Of a stretch of 64,000 bases of DNA, positions 29,026-39,750 are shown in pieces (the stretch's first letter is position 1; the number at the start of each line of letters is the position of its first letter). The notes beneath the pieces are model-generated. The model did not search any database and was not told the origin of the DNA. It saw only the letters and a list, made by a program, of their open reading frames with translations. A program made the translations under genes and the position numbers. This DNA is from Candidatus Nanoarchaeia archaeon (GTDB lineage: Archaea > Nanobdellota > Nanobdellia > SCGC-AAA011-G17 > JACPNG01). The DNA lies in the NCBI GenBank assembly GCA_030745695.1, contig JASLOB010000001.1, forward strand, positions 936 through 64,935. The letters are read 5' to 3'.

Positions 29026-31692
29026 TTAATTCTTGGCTCTTGCACTTAAATAAACTCTTTCTCCATCCCCTGCTTTTTTAATAACAATTAAACTACTTCT
29101 TTGTAATCTTAGTATAGCATCATTAAAACTTGATTTAGACAATCCTAATTTATTCATCAAATCTTGTTTTAGAAGTCCATCTGTTTTAATTAATCTATTA
29201 ATCATTATTTTTTCTGTTTTATTCATTAGATTCATAATGATTAATAGATTTGTATATTTCTTTTTTTTAAACAATTTTAAGATATCTAGAATCTTATCTT
29301 TAAATCTCATAATTAGATAAGCAGCTAATAAAGACAATAAAATTATTATTAAAGAAAAAGGAGAAGATTCTTTCTTGAATTCTTCTGTAACCCCTACATC
29401 TTTAATTAAATAAAACATTGATTTATCAAAATTCTTTTTTGTAAAAAATCCATAATTATCTTTCTTACATATAATTCCCATTAATAGATCATTCTTTTGG
29501 CCAAAGGTATAAATATCTTGTTTGCTTGGTTCACAAATTCCGTCAGGGTGACTATGAATTGTTCCTAGATTATTTAATTTAGAACAATCTTGTGCTTCTA
29601 TTGCAGCTATACTTTTACTTACAGTTGGAACTTCTTCTAAATCATAAATTTGATATCTTCCATTATTATAATCTCCTTTTATACAAGCCACAAATTCTAC
29701 ATCTCCACTTTCTTGATACAATTCATATAATCTATTATTAACATCTGATTCAATTATTATTGTAGCACTATGATCTACCCCACTTATCAAAGAAAAAGAA
29801 ATTGTAGATAAATTTAGATATAATATAACTAATGAAAATACAATAAATAATAAAGCTACAATAAATATTCCAATATCTTGTTTTGAAATCTTTCTTTTTT
29901 TAACATGATAATACAAATAAACTAAACTTGGAACTAAGATTAAAGTTATTACTAACCATCTAAAAAAAGAACTTAGATTAGATCTTGTAACACATTGTCC
30001 ACTATTATCACAATATTGATCTATGGAGCATACAGCATCTCTACAATTATTACAAGTTTCTCCTGAATCTATTACTCCATTACCACATAAAGTTTCTACT
30101 TCTGGAGTTTCAGTTATAGTTGTTGATCTTATCTCTCCTAATAACCCACTAAACAAATCACTTGCTTTTTTTCTTATTCCTTTTTCTTCTACTTCAATTT
30201 CTTCTTGTTTTATTTCTTCTAATAAAATTTCAATTTCTTCTTGTTGTTCTTGATCTTCTTCTTTTATGTTTCCTAATACTCCTTCTACCTCTTCTAAGAT
30301 CATACTTTTTAGTTGTGTTGTTCCTAAGGGTGTTGATTCTGTGTTAACTAATTGACAACCCTCATCTACTGCTCCATTACAATTATTATCTATATTATCA
30401 CATATTTCTACTGAAGAGGAACCTAAACTTGCACTACATCCTACTATATCCCTGCCTTTACATTCAAACACTCCAGAATTTTGACATATCCCAAATCCAA
30501 CACTACATACTCCTCCAAGTTTATACCCTTCGTCTACTGTTCCATCACAATTGTTATCTAAACCATCACATATCTCTTCAGAACTTTTTATTCCACCCTC
30601 ACATAAAGTGCCCCATAACCCATTTTGACATGTTTGCTCACCTTTTTCACAAACCCCTTCATCAATTCCACAAGGCCTTTTACTTCCAGTATTACAAACA
30701 CAACCCTCGTCTACTGTCCCATCACAATTGTTATCTAGATTATCTATACATACTTCTGTTTGACTATAAGTAGAGATAGTGTTGTAATCACATGACTGGT
30801 ATCTTCCATCTACACATAAATGTTTACTTCCACTACAAACACCATCTTGATTTGAACAGCTTTTTGTTTGTCCTTCTTCACATTCTCTACAATCAGGATC
30901 ATTAATATCAGTAAAACCATCACAATCATTATCAATATTATCAAAACACTGAGGATCGTTCAAATTTCCAGTGAATGATTCTCCTGATGGTTGTTTAAAA
31001 GTAGGAACACTAGGTGTGCCTTGAGATGCACTAGAGAAATAACATGTTTTAGCTCCAAAAGTATCACAAACAGTTTGTTTAGAACATGTAATCTTTGAAC
31101 CCCCTGAACAACTCCACCCATTAATACTGCAACTTTTTGTTTGAGATGTAGTAAAATAACTTAATCCTTCAAAGTATCCAGCTTGTTTACAACTAATTTG
31201 GTGATAAGGTTCTTTTCCACCACTACAACATTCAATTCCATCTCTCTCCCCCCCTGAATCCAAATCACAAGAGTTACTACAACAAACGTCTCCACTAGAA
31301 CAAGAACAAGATAAGAATACACTAGACCCCACTCTAGCTATGTTAACATCGCCAGGATAATTTAATCTTAATCTCTCTACATATGTTGGAGAAAATTCAA
31401 TATATACTTCAGTAAAAGTTCGACTGCCAATTCTTGGGGTATTGCCTAAAAAAATTCCAGAATCAAATTCGGAGTTAACATTCTCAACTCGTAAAATCTG
31501 CCCCTTTTCTTCATCACTAACATAAATAGTTACTTTAGAGATTTTAGCATTAATAGGCTCTGAAATAAATCCAGTTACTATACCTCCTGAACCAAGATTT
31601 CTAAAAGAGATATCTCTTTCTTGAGATGAAACAAAATTTAATGATAATATAAATAGAACTAGAAGTATTAAGATAAAACCTCTTTTTTTCAT
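29026..31692 (-). CDS. large secreted/membrane Cys-rich repeat protein with a JAMM-type motif and a C-terminal winged-helix domain (888 aa)
   Basis: A signal peptide is followed by four or more tandem DNxCDGTVDEGC-type Cys repeats and a Glu-rich linker. Two TM segments follow, then HSHPDGICEPSKQD (HxHx7Sx2D), a third TM, and a MarR/ArsR-like wHTH tail. Confidence 0.6.
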   Translation of the reverse strand: MKKRGFILILLVLFILSLNFVSSQERDISFRNLGSGGIVTGFISEPINAKISKVTIYVSDEEKGQILRVENVNSEFDSGIFLGNTPRIGSRTFTEVYIEFSPTYVERLRLNYPGDVNIARVGSSVFLSCSCSSGDVCCSNSCDLDSGGERDGIECCSGGKEPYHQISCKQAGYFEGLSYFTTSQTKSCSINGWSCSGGSKITCSKQTVCDTFGAKTCYFSSASQGTPSVPTFKQPSGESFTGNLNDPQCFDNIDNDCDGFTDINDPDCRECEEGQTKSCSNQDGVCSGSKHLCVDGRYQSCDYNTISTYSQTEVCIDNLDNNCDGTVDEGCVCNTGSKRPCGIDEGVCEKGEQTCQNGLWGTLCEGGIKSSEEICDGLDNNCDGTVDEGYKLGGVCSVGFGICQNSGVFECKGRDIVGCSASLGSSSVEICDNIDNNCNGAVDEGCQLVNTESTPLGTTQLKSMILEEVEGVLGNIKEEDQEQQEEIEILLEEIKQEEIEVEEKGIRKKASDLFSGLLGEIRSTTITETPEVETLCGNGVIDSGETCNNCRDAVCSIDQYCDNSGQCVTRSNLSSFFRWLVITLILVPSLVYLYYHVKKRKISKQDIGIFIVALLFIVFSLVILYLNLSTISFSLISGVDHSATIIIESDVNNRLYELYQESGDVEFVACIKGDYNNGRYQIYDLEEVPTVSKSIAAIEAQDCSKLNNLGTIHSHPDGICEPSKQDIYTFGQKNDLLMGIICKKDNYGFFTKKNFDKSMFYLIKDVGVTEEFKKESSPFSLIIILLSLLAAYLIMRFKDKILDILKLFKKKKYTNLLIIMNLMNKTEKIMINRLIKTDGLLKQDLMNKLGLSKSSFNDAILRLQRSSLIVIKKAGDGERVYLSARAKN

Positions 31693-31797
31693 AAAAATAA
31701 TAAAGAATTTTTGTATTTAAAGTTTCTTAGTTAATTAATCTCTTTTTTAAGATAGTATACTAAAATATTCTTTATAAAAATATTGTCTTATAATTCT

Positions 31798-32132
31798 TTA
31801 GAAAAGTACATCCTTTGATTTCCCTCCAAAAGCTTCAGAGAATTTTTGGAATTCATTTTGATTTAATGCTCCTTCTAACTTACCTTCGTTATTTGCTCTA
31901 TGCGTATAAAATGAAGCATGATTTGAATATGGGACTTGCCCTTTAACAAAAGATTTTGGAGGAAAAGATAAAGTTTCACGATCATCTGCTCTCTCATGCC
32001 TTTTACATCCTAACTCATCACACCACCAATGATATCCTACTTTATACGTACTCTCCCTCTTTATTCTAGCATAATAAACATGTTGATGTTTGCATTAGGA
32101 TTACCTTCTTGAACTACTTCTACTTCTGACAT
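31798..32132 (-). pseudogene. frameshifted small gene (ATG-initiated 24-codon frame plus an overlapping about 97-codon start-less frame containing YHWWCDELGCKRHE)
   Basis: Two overlapping reading frames lie directly downstream of the thermosome gene; the longer one has no start codon. Confidence 0.3.
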
Positions 32133-32137
32133 TTTTA

Positions 32138-33769
32138 TCACATCATTCCAGGTGGCATTCCACCCATTCCACTAGGAGGCATTCCTGCTCCACCTTTATC
32201 TCCAACACCTGCTATAATATCATCAATCCTTAAGATTAACTCAGCAACTTCAGAAGCTGATTTAACTGCTTGGGTTTTTATTTTTAGTGGTTCAATAACT
32301 CCAGAGTTCCATGCATCTCCAACTTTTCCAGAGAAAACATCTATTCCTGCCCATTTAACATTTTTATCATGTTGACTTTTTAATTCAGTTAACATATCAA
32401 TTGGATCTAATCCAGCATTTTCTGCTAATGTTCTTGGAATTATTTCAATAGAATCAGCAAAAGCTAATACAGCTAATTGTTCTCTTCCAGATAAACTATT
32501 AGCATAATCTCTTAGTTGTTTAGCTGTTTCTACTTCAGGTGCTCCGGCTCCTGCAACAACTTTTCCATCTCTTAATGCAGCTGCAACATCCCCAATAGCA
32601 TCTTTTATCGCTCTCTCGACTTCATCAACAACATGTTCAGTTCCACCTCTAACTAAAATTGTAACAGCTTTTGGATTTGAACATTCTTTAACAAAAGTCA
32701 TTTCTTCATCTCCAACTTTTGTTTCTTCTACTACTCCAGAGCTTCCCAACTCTTCATTAGACAACTCTTTTAAGTTTGTTATTACTTTAGCTCCAGTTGC
32801 TCTAGCTAATTTATCCATATCAGATTTTTTAACTCTTCTACAAGCATAGATATTAGATTTAGCTAAATAATGTTGTGCAATATCATCAATACCTTTTTGA
32901 CAAAATACAACATTAGCTCCCGAATTTATTATTTTATCTGTCATCTCTTTTAACATTCTTTCTTCTTGATCAATAAACTCTTGTAATTTTAAAGGATCAT
33001 TTATCTCAATTTTAGCATCAGTTTCTGTTGATTTAATTTCTATTGTAGTATCTAACAACAAAATTTTAGCTTCTTTAACAATTCTTGGCATTCCTGAATG
33101 AACTCTTTCTTTATCCAATAAAATTCCTTTAATTAATTCAGAATCTTCAGTTCCATCTCCAACTTTTTTTTCTAATTTAACATTATCAATATCAATATGT
33201 AATGTATCATTCTCTTTATCTGCAACCATCTTAATTCCTTCTACAGTTAAATCTGCTAATTTTTCTTTAGAAGCTTCCGCACCTTTTCCTGTCATTGCGG
33301 TAATTGCAATACTTTTTAATATTTCATTATCTGATTCAGAAATATCTTCAGCTATAGAAGCAAGAATCTCTTGAGATTTATCAGCAGCTAATCTATAACC
33401 TTTAGCTATAACAGTTGGATGGATATCTTTTTCTAATAAATCTTCAGCACTCTTTAATAATTCTCCAGCCAATACAACAGCTGTAGTAGTTCCATCACCA
33501 ACTTGATTTTCTTGGGTTTTTGCTACCTCTACTAACATTTTAGCAGCTGGATTTTCTATGTTCATCTCTTCTAAAATTGTTACACCATCATTAGTAACTG
33601 TTACATCACCTAAAGAATCTACTATCATTTTATCCATTCCTTTAGGTCCTAAAGTAGTCCTTACTGTTTCAGCTACTTGTTTAGCAGCTAAGATATTACT
33701 CCTTTGGGCATCTTTTCCCATTGTTCTTTGGTACCCTTCAGGAAGTATGAATATTGGTTGTGTTGTCAT
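32138..33769 (-). CDS. ths: thermosome (group II chaperonin) subunit
   Basis: [26 protein letters not shown]... at the N-terminus and a C-terminal GGM repeat tail. Confidence 0.9.
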   Translation of the reverse strand: MTTQPIFILPEGYQRTMGKDAQRSNILAAKQVAETVRTTLGPKGMDKMIVDSLGDVTVTNDGVTILEEMNIENPAAKMLVEVAKTQENQVGDGTTTAVVLAGELLKSAEDLLEKDIHPTVIAKGYRLAADKSQEILASIAEDISESDNEILKSIAITAMTGKGAEASKEKLADLTVEGIKMVADKENDTLHIDIDNVKLEKKVGDGTEDSELIKGILLDKERVHSGMPRIVKEAKILLLDTTIEIKSTETDAKIEINDPLKLQEFIDQEERMLKEMTDKIINSGANVVFCQKGIDDIAQHYLAKSNIYACRRVKKSDMDKLARATGAKVITNLKELSNEELGSSGVVEETKVGDEEMTFVKECSNPKAVTILVRGGTEHVVDEVERAIKDAIGDVAAALRDGKVVAGAGAPEVETAKQLRDYANSLSGREQLAVLAFADSIEIIPRTLAENAGLDPIDMLTELKSQHDKNVKWAGIDVFSGKVGDAWNSGVIEPLKIKTQAVKSASEVAELILRIDDIIAGVGDKGGAGMPPSGMGGMPPGMM

Positions 33770-33900
33770 TTTTTTATCTCCTTATCTATTGTATAGAAGC
33801 CTCTTTTCCTAATTAAGATGACTTAAATTCTATATTTAAATCTTTCTATCCTTTACCATAATCCTATTTATATACTATACTTAGTTTTCTATAAAACGGG

Positions 33901-35583
33901 ATGGTCCGTAAAGAAGATTTAGCAAACAAAACACCAGATGAGTTCTTTTCATCTTTTCCAGAGGGATATATCTCAAATAAAACAAAATACATTATTGTTA
34001 CAGGATCAGTTATATCAGGTGTAGGAAAAGGAACATTTACTTCTTCTTTATGCAATTTATTAAAATGGAATGGACTTAAAGTTCATCCTATAAAATTTGA
34101 TGGTTATCTAAATTATGATGCAGGGACATTAAATCCATTTAGACATGGTGAGGTATTTGTATTAGATGATGGAACTGAATGTGATTTAGATTTAGGGTCA
34201 TATGAAAGAATGACAAATCAAAATCTAACAAAAGATAACTACTTAACCTCTGGTAAAATATTTAAAAATATAGTAGATAAAGAGAGAGCAGGATTATATC
34301 TAGGAAGAGATGTTCAATTTGTACCTCATGTAAGTGGAGAAATTAAACATTTTATAAGAAGATGTGCTCTTAATTACAACCCAGATATAGTTATTGTTGA
34401 AGTTGGAGGGACTGTAGGAGACTTAGAAAATTCTTATTTTTTAGAAGCTATGAGAGAACTAGCTTATGAAGAAAAAAAAGATAATGTTTGTTTTGTCAAT
34501 GTAACTTACATATTAAAACCTGGAACTTTAGGAGAACATAAAAGTAAAGCAGCCCAGTTAGGAATAAGAACTTTGATGGAGCGAGGAATCCAACCAAATA
34601 TTATTGTTTGTAGAAGTGAAGGGTTAATTAAAGATAGTATAAAAGAAAAAATAAGTATAAGTTCTAATGTCCCAATTGATAGAGTTATTAATCTACATGA
34701 TGTTGACACAATCTATGATATCCCTCTATTTCTTAAAGAGAAAGAGATAGACAAAATGATTTTAGATACTCTAGGACTAAAAATTAAAGAAAACTATCTA
34801 ATAGACCCAAATGAATGGAAAAGTTTAGTAACTAAAATAAATGATTCTAATAAAAATATTACAATTGCCATCACTGGAAAATATACTGGAGTTCATGATT
34901 CTTATTTAAGTATACTAAATGCAGTTGAACATTCTGCACCTTATCTAAATGCTAAAATAAATCTAAAATGGATAGAGACTACTAATCTAAATAAAGATAA
35001 TGTCAAAGAAGAATTAAAAAATATTGATGGGGTTATAGTTCCAGGTGGATTTGGAGAGAGGGGTGTTGAGGGAAAAATTGAATATATTAGATATTGTAGA
35101 GAAAATAAAATTCCTTTCTTAGGATTATGTTATGGATTTCAAATGGCAGTTATTGAATTTGCAAGAAATGTTTGTGATTTAAAAAATGCAAATACTACAG
35201 AAATAAAACAAACAGAAGATCCAGTTGTTTATATTCTACCAGAACAAGAAGAAATAAAAGATTTAGGTGGAACAATGAGATTAGGTGGTTTTGATATGGA
35301 TCTTAAAAAAAATACTCTAGCTTTTAGGTTATATAAAAATAACAAAGTTAGAGAAAGATTTAGACATAGATACAATGTTAATCCAAAGTACATAGAAACA
35401 TTAGAAAAAAATGGAATGATATTTTCAGGAGTAGCTCCTGAAAAAAAGATAATGCAGATTCTAGAATTGAAAGACCATCCTTACTTTTTAGGAACTCAGT
35501 ATCATGCTGAATTTACTTCTAAACCTTTAAACCCAAGTCCTATTTTTATAGGGTTTATAGAAGCTTGTTTGAATAAAAAATAG
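33901..35583 (+). CDS. pyrG: CTP synthase
   Basis: YIIVTGSVISGVGKG and the GATase motif LGLCYGFQ are present. The ATG at 33901 probably over-extends the N-terminus. Confidence 0.85.
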   Translation: MVRKEDLANKTPDEFFSSFPEGYISNKTKYIIVTGSVISGVGKGTFTSSLCNLLKWNGLKVHPIKFDGYLNYDAGTLNPFRHGEVFVLDDGTECDLDLGSYERMTNQNLTKDNYLTSGKIFKNIVDKERAGLYLGRDVQFVPHVSGEIKHFIRRCALNYNPDIVIVEVGGTVGDLENSYFLEAMRELAYEEKKDNVCFVNVTYILKPGTLGEHKSKAAQLGIRTLMERGIQPNIIVCRSEGLIKDSIKEKISISSNVPIDRVINLHDVDTIYDIPLFLKEKEIDKMILDTLGLKIKENYLIDPNEWKSLVTKINDSNKNITIAITGKYTGVHDSYLSILNAVEHSAPYLNAKINLKWIETTNLNKDNVKEELKNIDGVIVPGGFGERGVEGKIEYIRYCRENKIPFLGLCYGFQMAVIEFARNVCDLKNANTTEIKQTEDPVVYILPEQEEIKDLGGTMRLGGFDMDLKKNTLAFRLYKNNKVRERFRHRYNVNPKYIETLEKNGMIFSGVAPEKKIMQILELKDHPYFLGTQYHAEFTSKPLNPSPIFIGFIEACLNKK

Positions 35584-35618
35584 AAAATATTTATATAATA
35601 TATTAATCCTTTAATGAG

Positions 35619-37088
35619 ATGGAAGAAGAACATAGATTAGTTGCTCAAAGAAAACAAAAATTAAATGAATTAAGAAAAAATAATATTGAACCTTATCCTT
35701 ACAAATTCGATAAAAAAGATAATTCTAGAGACATTTTTGATAAATTTAAGAAATTAAAGAGAGAAGAAAAAACAAAAGATAAAGTCAGTTTAGCTGGAAG
35801 AATTATGTCATTAAGAATTATGGGAAAAGTTTCTTTTGGACATTTACAAGATTTTAGTGGGAGAATACAATTTTATGTTAAAGAAGATGAAATAGGGAAA
35901 CAAAATTATAAATTATTCAAAAAATTTGATATTGGAGACTTTGTAGGTATTAATGGAATAATATTTAAAACAAAGAAGGGGGAAACATCTATTTGGGTTA
36001 AAAAATTAGAGTTATTAACAAAATCTTTAAGGCCCCTTCCAGAAAAATGGCATGGGCTAAAAAATATAGAAACAAGGTATAGACAAAGATATTTAGATTT
36101 ATTAATGAATCACGATGTCAAAGAAATATTCTTAAAAAGATCTCAAATAATAAATGCAATAAGAGAATTTCTAAACTCCAAAGGTTTTATGGAAGTAGAA
36201 ACTCCTTTATTACAACCATTATATGGTGGAGCAAATGCCCGTCCTTTCAAAACAAAAATAAATGCATATAATATGGATATGTTTTTATCTATTTCTCCTG
36301 AGTTGTATCTTAAAAGATTAATCATTGGTGGATTTGAAAAAGTTTATACAATAAGCAAAAATTTTAGAAATGAAGGGGTAGATAAATCTCATAATCCTGA
36401 GTTTAGTATGTTAGAATTTTATTGGGCTTATGCAGACTATAATGATATAATGAAAATAACTGAAGATTTAGTTAATTTCGTGGCTAAAAAAGTTAACAAA
36501 TCCACTAAAATAAGATATCAAAGTAAAGATATCGAACTAAAAAAACCTTGGAAAAAACTTTCTATGAAAAATGCAATTAAAAAATATCTAAAAATTAATA
36601 TTGATAAATTTGATGATAAAAAAATTAAGAGTTATATGAAAGGAAATAATATAGAATATAAAGGTGATTTTAATAGAGGATTGGCAATTGAATTGATATT
36701 TGAATCTTTAGTTCAAGATAAATTAATTCAACCTGTATTTATTATAGACCATCCTAAAGAGTCTACTCCATTATGTAAACCTAAAAGAGGAGACCATCAT
36801 TTAATTGAAAGATTAGAACCATATGTTTATGGATGGGAAATTGGTAATGGTTATTCTGAGTTAAATGATCCAGAATTACAAAGAACGTTATTAAAAAAAC
36901 AATCAAACCAAAGATTAGTTGATGAAGAAAATCATCCAGTTGATGAAGATTTTATTAAAGCATTAGAATATGGAATGCCACCTACAGGAGGGATGGGTAT
37001 TGGAGTTGATAGATTGGCTATGATTTTAACTGATAGTCCAACAATAAGAGATGTTATCTTCTTTCCTTTTATGAAACCAGAAAAATAA
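35619..37088 (+). CDS. lysS: lysyl-tRNA synthetase, class II
   Basis: FRNEGVDKSHNPEFSMLEFY and the other class II motifs are present. Confidence 0.8.
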   Translation: MEEEHRLVAQRKQKLNELRKNNIEPYPYKFDKKDNSRDIFDKFKKLKREEKTKDKVSLAGRIMSLRIMGKVSFGHLQDFSGRIQFYVKEDEIGKQNYKLFKKFDIGDFVGINGIIFKTKKGETSIWVKKLELLTKSLRPLPEKWHGLKNIETRYRQRYLDLLMNHDVKEIFLKRSQIINAIREFLNSKGFMEVETPLLQPLYGGANARPFKTKINAYNMDMFLSISPELYLKRLIIGGFEKVYTISKNFRNEGVDKSHNPEFSMLEFYWAYADYNDIMKITEDLVNFVAKKVNKSTKIRYQSKDIELKKPWKKLSMKNAIKKYLKINIDKFDDKKIKSYMKGNNIEYKGDFNRGLAIELIFESLVQDKLIQPVFIIDHPKESTPLCKPKRGDHHLIERLEPYVYGWEIGNGYSELNDPELQRTLLKKQSNQRLVDEENHPVDEDFIKALEYGMPPTGGMGIGVDRLAMILTDSPTIRDVIFFPFMKPEK

Positions 37089-38894
37089 TTATTCAACAAC
37101 TAACCTTTTTTCTGTTCTTGAGATTATTCCTTTTACTCTACCTAACTCTTCTAAATTAACTATTATAGAATTCAATCCAACACTAACAAGAAAATCTATC
37201 ATTTCTGGATCTGAACTAATCCTTCCAATTAGATTAGTTTCTATATTAAATTGTCTACATACACTAATTACTTTTTGTATAGTTCTTAATAAAGAAGGAT
37301 GTTTCTCATTAAATAATTTAGCAGTTCTATCATTAAATTTATCTACTCCTAACATTAACTGTGTTAGATTATCAGTTCCAAATACAACAAATTTTATTCC
37401 TTCCTTACAAAAATTATCAATTATCTCACAATTAGAAGGAGTGTCCAACATTATTCCAATATCATTACTAATCCCAACTTCTTTCATTAAATCTTTTACT
37501 TGTCTTAATTCATTTATAGTTGTGATGAATGGTAAAACAATATTAATTTTTTCATAACCTAAATCATTTAATTTTTTGATAGCATTAAACTCTGCTCTTA
37601 GTATAACACTTTCATCTAAAGCTCTTCTAATTCCTCTCCAACCTATTAATGAATTTTTTTCATCTTCATTTATGATATCACTAGTTCTAATTAAGATGTT
37701 TTTGTTTCTAAAAGATCTCGTAACTTTTTCTATTTCAGTAATCAAAAAATTAATGTAATTATAATCATTTTCCTGTACTAGACTCATTGGATTAACTTGT
37801 CTTTTCTTGATTATATTCTCTAATTTTAGAAAAACACTATCTGCATCTATAGTAGCTTTATCTGAGTCATTAGTTTCTTCCAAATCTACTCCGATTTTTG
37901 TTATTGTCTCTAGATTAGGATTTTCTATCTCAGTTTTTTGTATTAATTCTTCTTGTATTGGTTTTAAATTTAATATGTATGCAGAGCCACTTTTGATAGC
38001 AAATTCTATTTGTTTTGGACCATAAGAATCTTTTATCTTAATAGAAAGGTCAACTAATTTATTTATCTCTAAATCATTTAATGTCTGTTCTCCTGATTTA
38101 AAACTTAAATTTCTTTTAGAATTTTTTTTAATATTTTCATCAAAATAAATCATAAATTCTTTAGATCCAATACTTGTTTCTTTAACTAAGAAATTATTTT
38201 TATCTACCACATGAATATCTGGTTGTACTAAGTTTGAGAGAATTGTTTCAGATATCCCATAATTTGATTTTATTGTTATATCGTTGTTAATTAAAATAAT
38301 TCCAGATTTATCAGGTTGAATTTGTTTTTGAATTATGATTGCGACTAGTGAGTCATGTGGTATATTATTCTTTGCCCTATAATGGACCAATTCTTTATTA
38401 TAATGTGATGACCAACATCGTTTTATAGCTTCTAAAAGATTAGTGTTTCCTTTAATATCCAAAAATGTCTCTGGATCTAATCCATTTATTGTAGAAGGTC
38501 TAAGAACAACAAAAGGGAGCTCTCTTCCAGATTTGATCATACTTAATGCAGCCGTATAACTAAAAGTTTCAGGGTCAACATTTAGATTACTATACTCCTC
38601 TAAAATTTCTTTATTAATATAATCAGGAAAAGGTGCTCTTATGATTAAATCTTGTATTTTTTCAATTACTTGTGTTAATTTTTCATTATTTTCAAAATTT
38701 AGATTATTCATTAAATCTAAAATAGTAGTTCTTATTCCAGAAAAATCTAAAAAATCTTTAAAGGATTCAGTTGTTAAAACAAATCCTGGTGGAGTGGGTA
38801 ATCCTTTATCATATAATTCACTTAAATCAATAGATTTTTTACCTACTAAATCAATATTATCTTTTTTGATTTTATTAAACCATATAATCTTCAT
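37089..38894 (-). CDS. PEP synthase/pyruvate phosphate dikinase-family protein (ATP-grasp N-domain + PEP-utilizers C TIM barrel; central phosphohistidine domain apparently absent)
   Basis: The N-terminus has GLPTPPGFVLTT and the C-terminus FGTDNLTQLMLGVDK; length is 601 aa. Confidence 0.55.
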   Translation of the reverse strand: MKIIWFNKIKKDNIDLVGKKSIDLSELYDKGLPTPPGFVLTTESFKDFLDFSGIRTTILDLMNNLNFENNEKLTQVIEKIQDLIIRAPFPDYINKEILEEYSNLNVDPETFSYTAALSMIKSGRELPFVVLRPSTINGLDPETFLDIKGNTNLLEAIKRCWSSHYNKELVHYRAKNNIPHDSLVAIIIQKQIQPDKSGIILINNDITIKSNYGISETILSNLVQPDIHVVDKNNFLVKETSIGSKEFMIYFDENIKKNSKRNLSFKSGEQTLNDLEINKLVDLSIKIKDSYGPKQIEFAIKSGSAYILNLKPIQEELIQKTEIENPNLETITKIGVDLEETNDSDKATIDADSVFLKLENIIKKRQVNPMSLVQENDYNYINFLITEIEKVTRSFRNKNILIRTSDIINEDEKNSLIGWRGIRRALDESVILRAEFNAIKKLNDLGYEKINIVLPFITTINELRQVKDLMKEVGISNDIGIMLDTPSNCEIIDNFCKEGIKFVVFGTDNLTQLMLGVDKFNDRTAKLFNEKHPSLLRTIQKVISVCRQFNIETNLIGRISSDPEMIDFLVSVGLNSIIVNLEELGRVKGIISRTEKRLVVE

Positions 38895-38952
38895 AAAGAT
38901 AATTTCGAGTAATGAAATATAAAGATTATTGTAAAACAGTTGTTTATAGAAT

Positions 38953-39459
38953 TTAAGTTATAGAACATTTACAAGGAAGTCTATGGATCCCATATTTTAA
39001 AGCATCTCTAGCAATATCCATATCTTTCTCATCTACATAAACACTAATTATTGGTTGATTAATCTTTACTTGAGCTGCTACACCCATAGCTTTACCAAAA
39101 GCTTTTTTCATACCAGAGCTCATTCTATCTGCTCCAGCTCCAGTCAATGCTTTATTTTCTCTTAAAACATGATGTGGATAAACTCTTAATTTGAAATGAT
39201 AATTATTTCCTAATGCTTTTACTAATCTTCTATTTACCCCTACTCTTGTAGACTCTAATGCATTATGACGAATTTGAATTCTTTCTTTAGAACATAAATC
39301 AACTTGTTTTTTAAATTTCTTTTTTGTGTTTCCTAGATCATACTTAACTATTTTACTAGGTGGAACTGATTTTATGAAAGCTTTTCTTCTAAATTTAGAT
39401 TTTCTTGTATATGCTCTTGTTAATTTAGAATAACATCTACCTTTTCTCAATCCTGCCAT
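38953..39459 (-). CDS. rpl10e: ribosomal protein L10e (uL16)
   Basis: MAGLRKGRCYSKLTRAYTRKS... Confidence 0.85.
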   Translation of the reverse strand: MAGLRKGRCYSKLTRAYTRKSKFRRKAFIKSVPPSKIVKYDLGNTKKKFKKQVDLCSKERIQIRHNALESTRVGVNRRLVKALGNNYHFKLRVYPHHVLRENKALTGAGADRMSSGMKKAFGKAMGVAAQVKINQPIISVYVDEKDMDIARDALKYGIHRLPCKCSIT

Positions 39460-39715
39460 TATCTATCTCCACTTCTGTTCCAATACTTTGTCCTGGAAGA
39501 CCTTTTTCAAATATGGCTCTTACAGCACCACTATTTCCATGTTCTTTAACAATTTGTCCTTTAATTTCTTTAGATTTAGGACTTTTCCATACAACATTTT
39601 TATTTACTAATTTATTAGCTTTTTCTTTATTATCTATAGAACTAACTTTTATGATCATATGATTATTATATTGAGTATGTTTTCCCCCTCTAAAATTTGC
39701 TATAATACCTTTCAT
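39437..39715 (-). CDS. rpl35ae: ribosomal protein L35Ae (eL33)
   Basis: About 90 aa; the GQIVKEHGNSGAVRAIF pattern fits L35Ae. Confidence 0.6.
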   Translation of the reverse strand: MKGIIANFRGGKHTQYNNHMIIKVSSIDNKEKANKLVNKNVVWKSPKSKEIKGQIVKEHGNSGAVRAIFEKGLPGQSIGTEVEIDNGRIEKR

Positions 39716-39750
39716 TTTAATTTATTGAGAATCTCTATTTAAAAAAGTTT

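Noticed and set aside
30023-30773. Three + strand ORFs (30023..30253, 30162..30347, 30429..30773)
   Set aside because: They are antisense to the 888-aa gene, low-complexity (L/F/H-rich) and without motifs. They are artefacts of AT-rich repeats.
38953-39715. 23-nt overlap between rpl35ae (39437..39715) and rpl10e (38953..39459) as a possible frameshift
   Set aside because: Both proteins match their families end-to-end, including the L10e N-terminus MAGLRKGRCY. I treat it as a genuine gene overlap.
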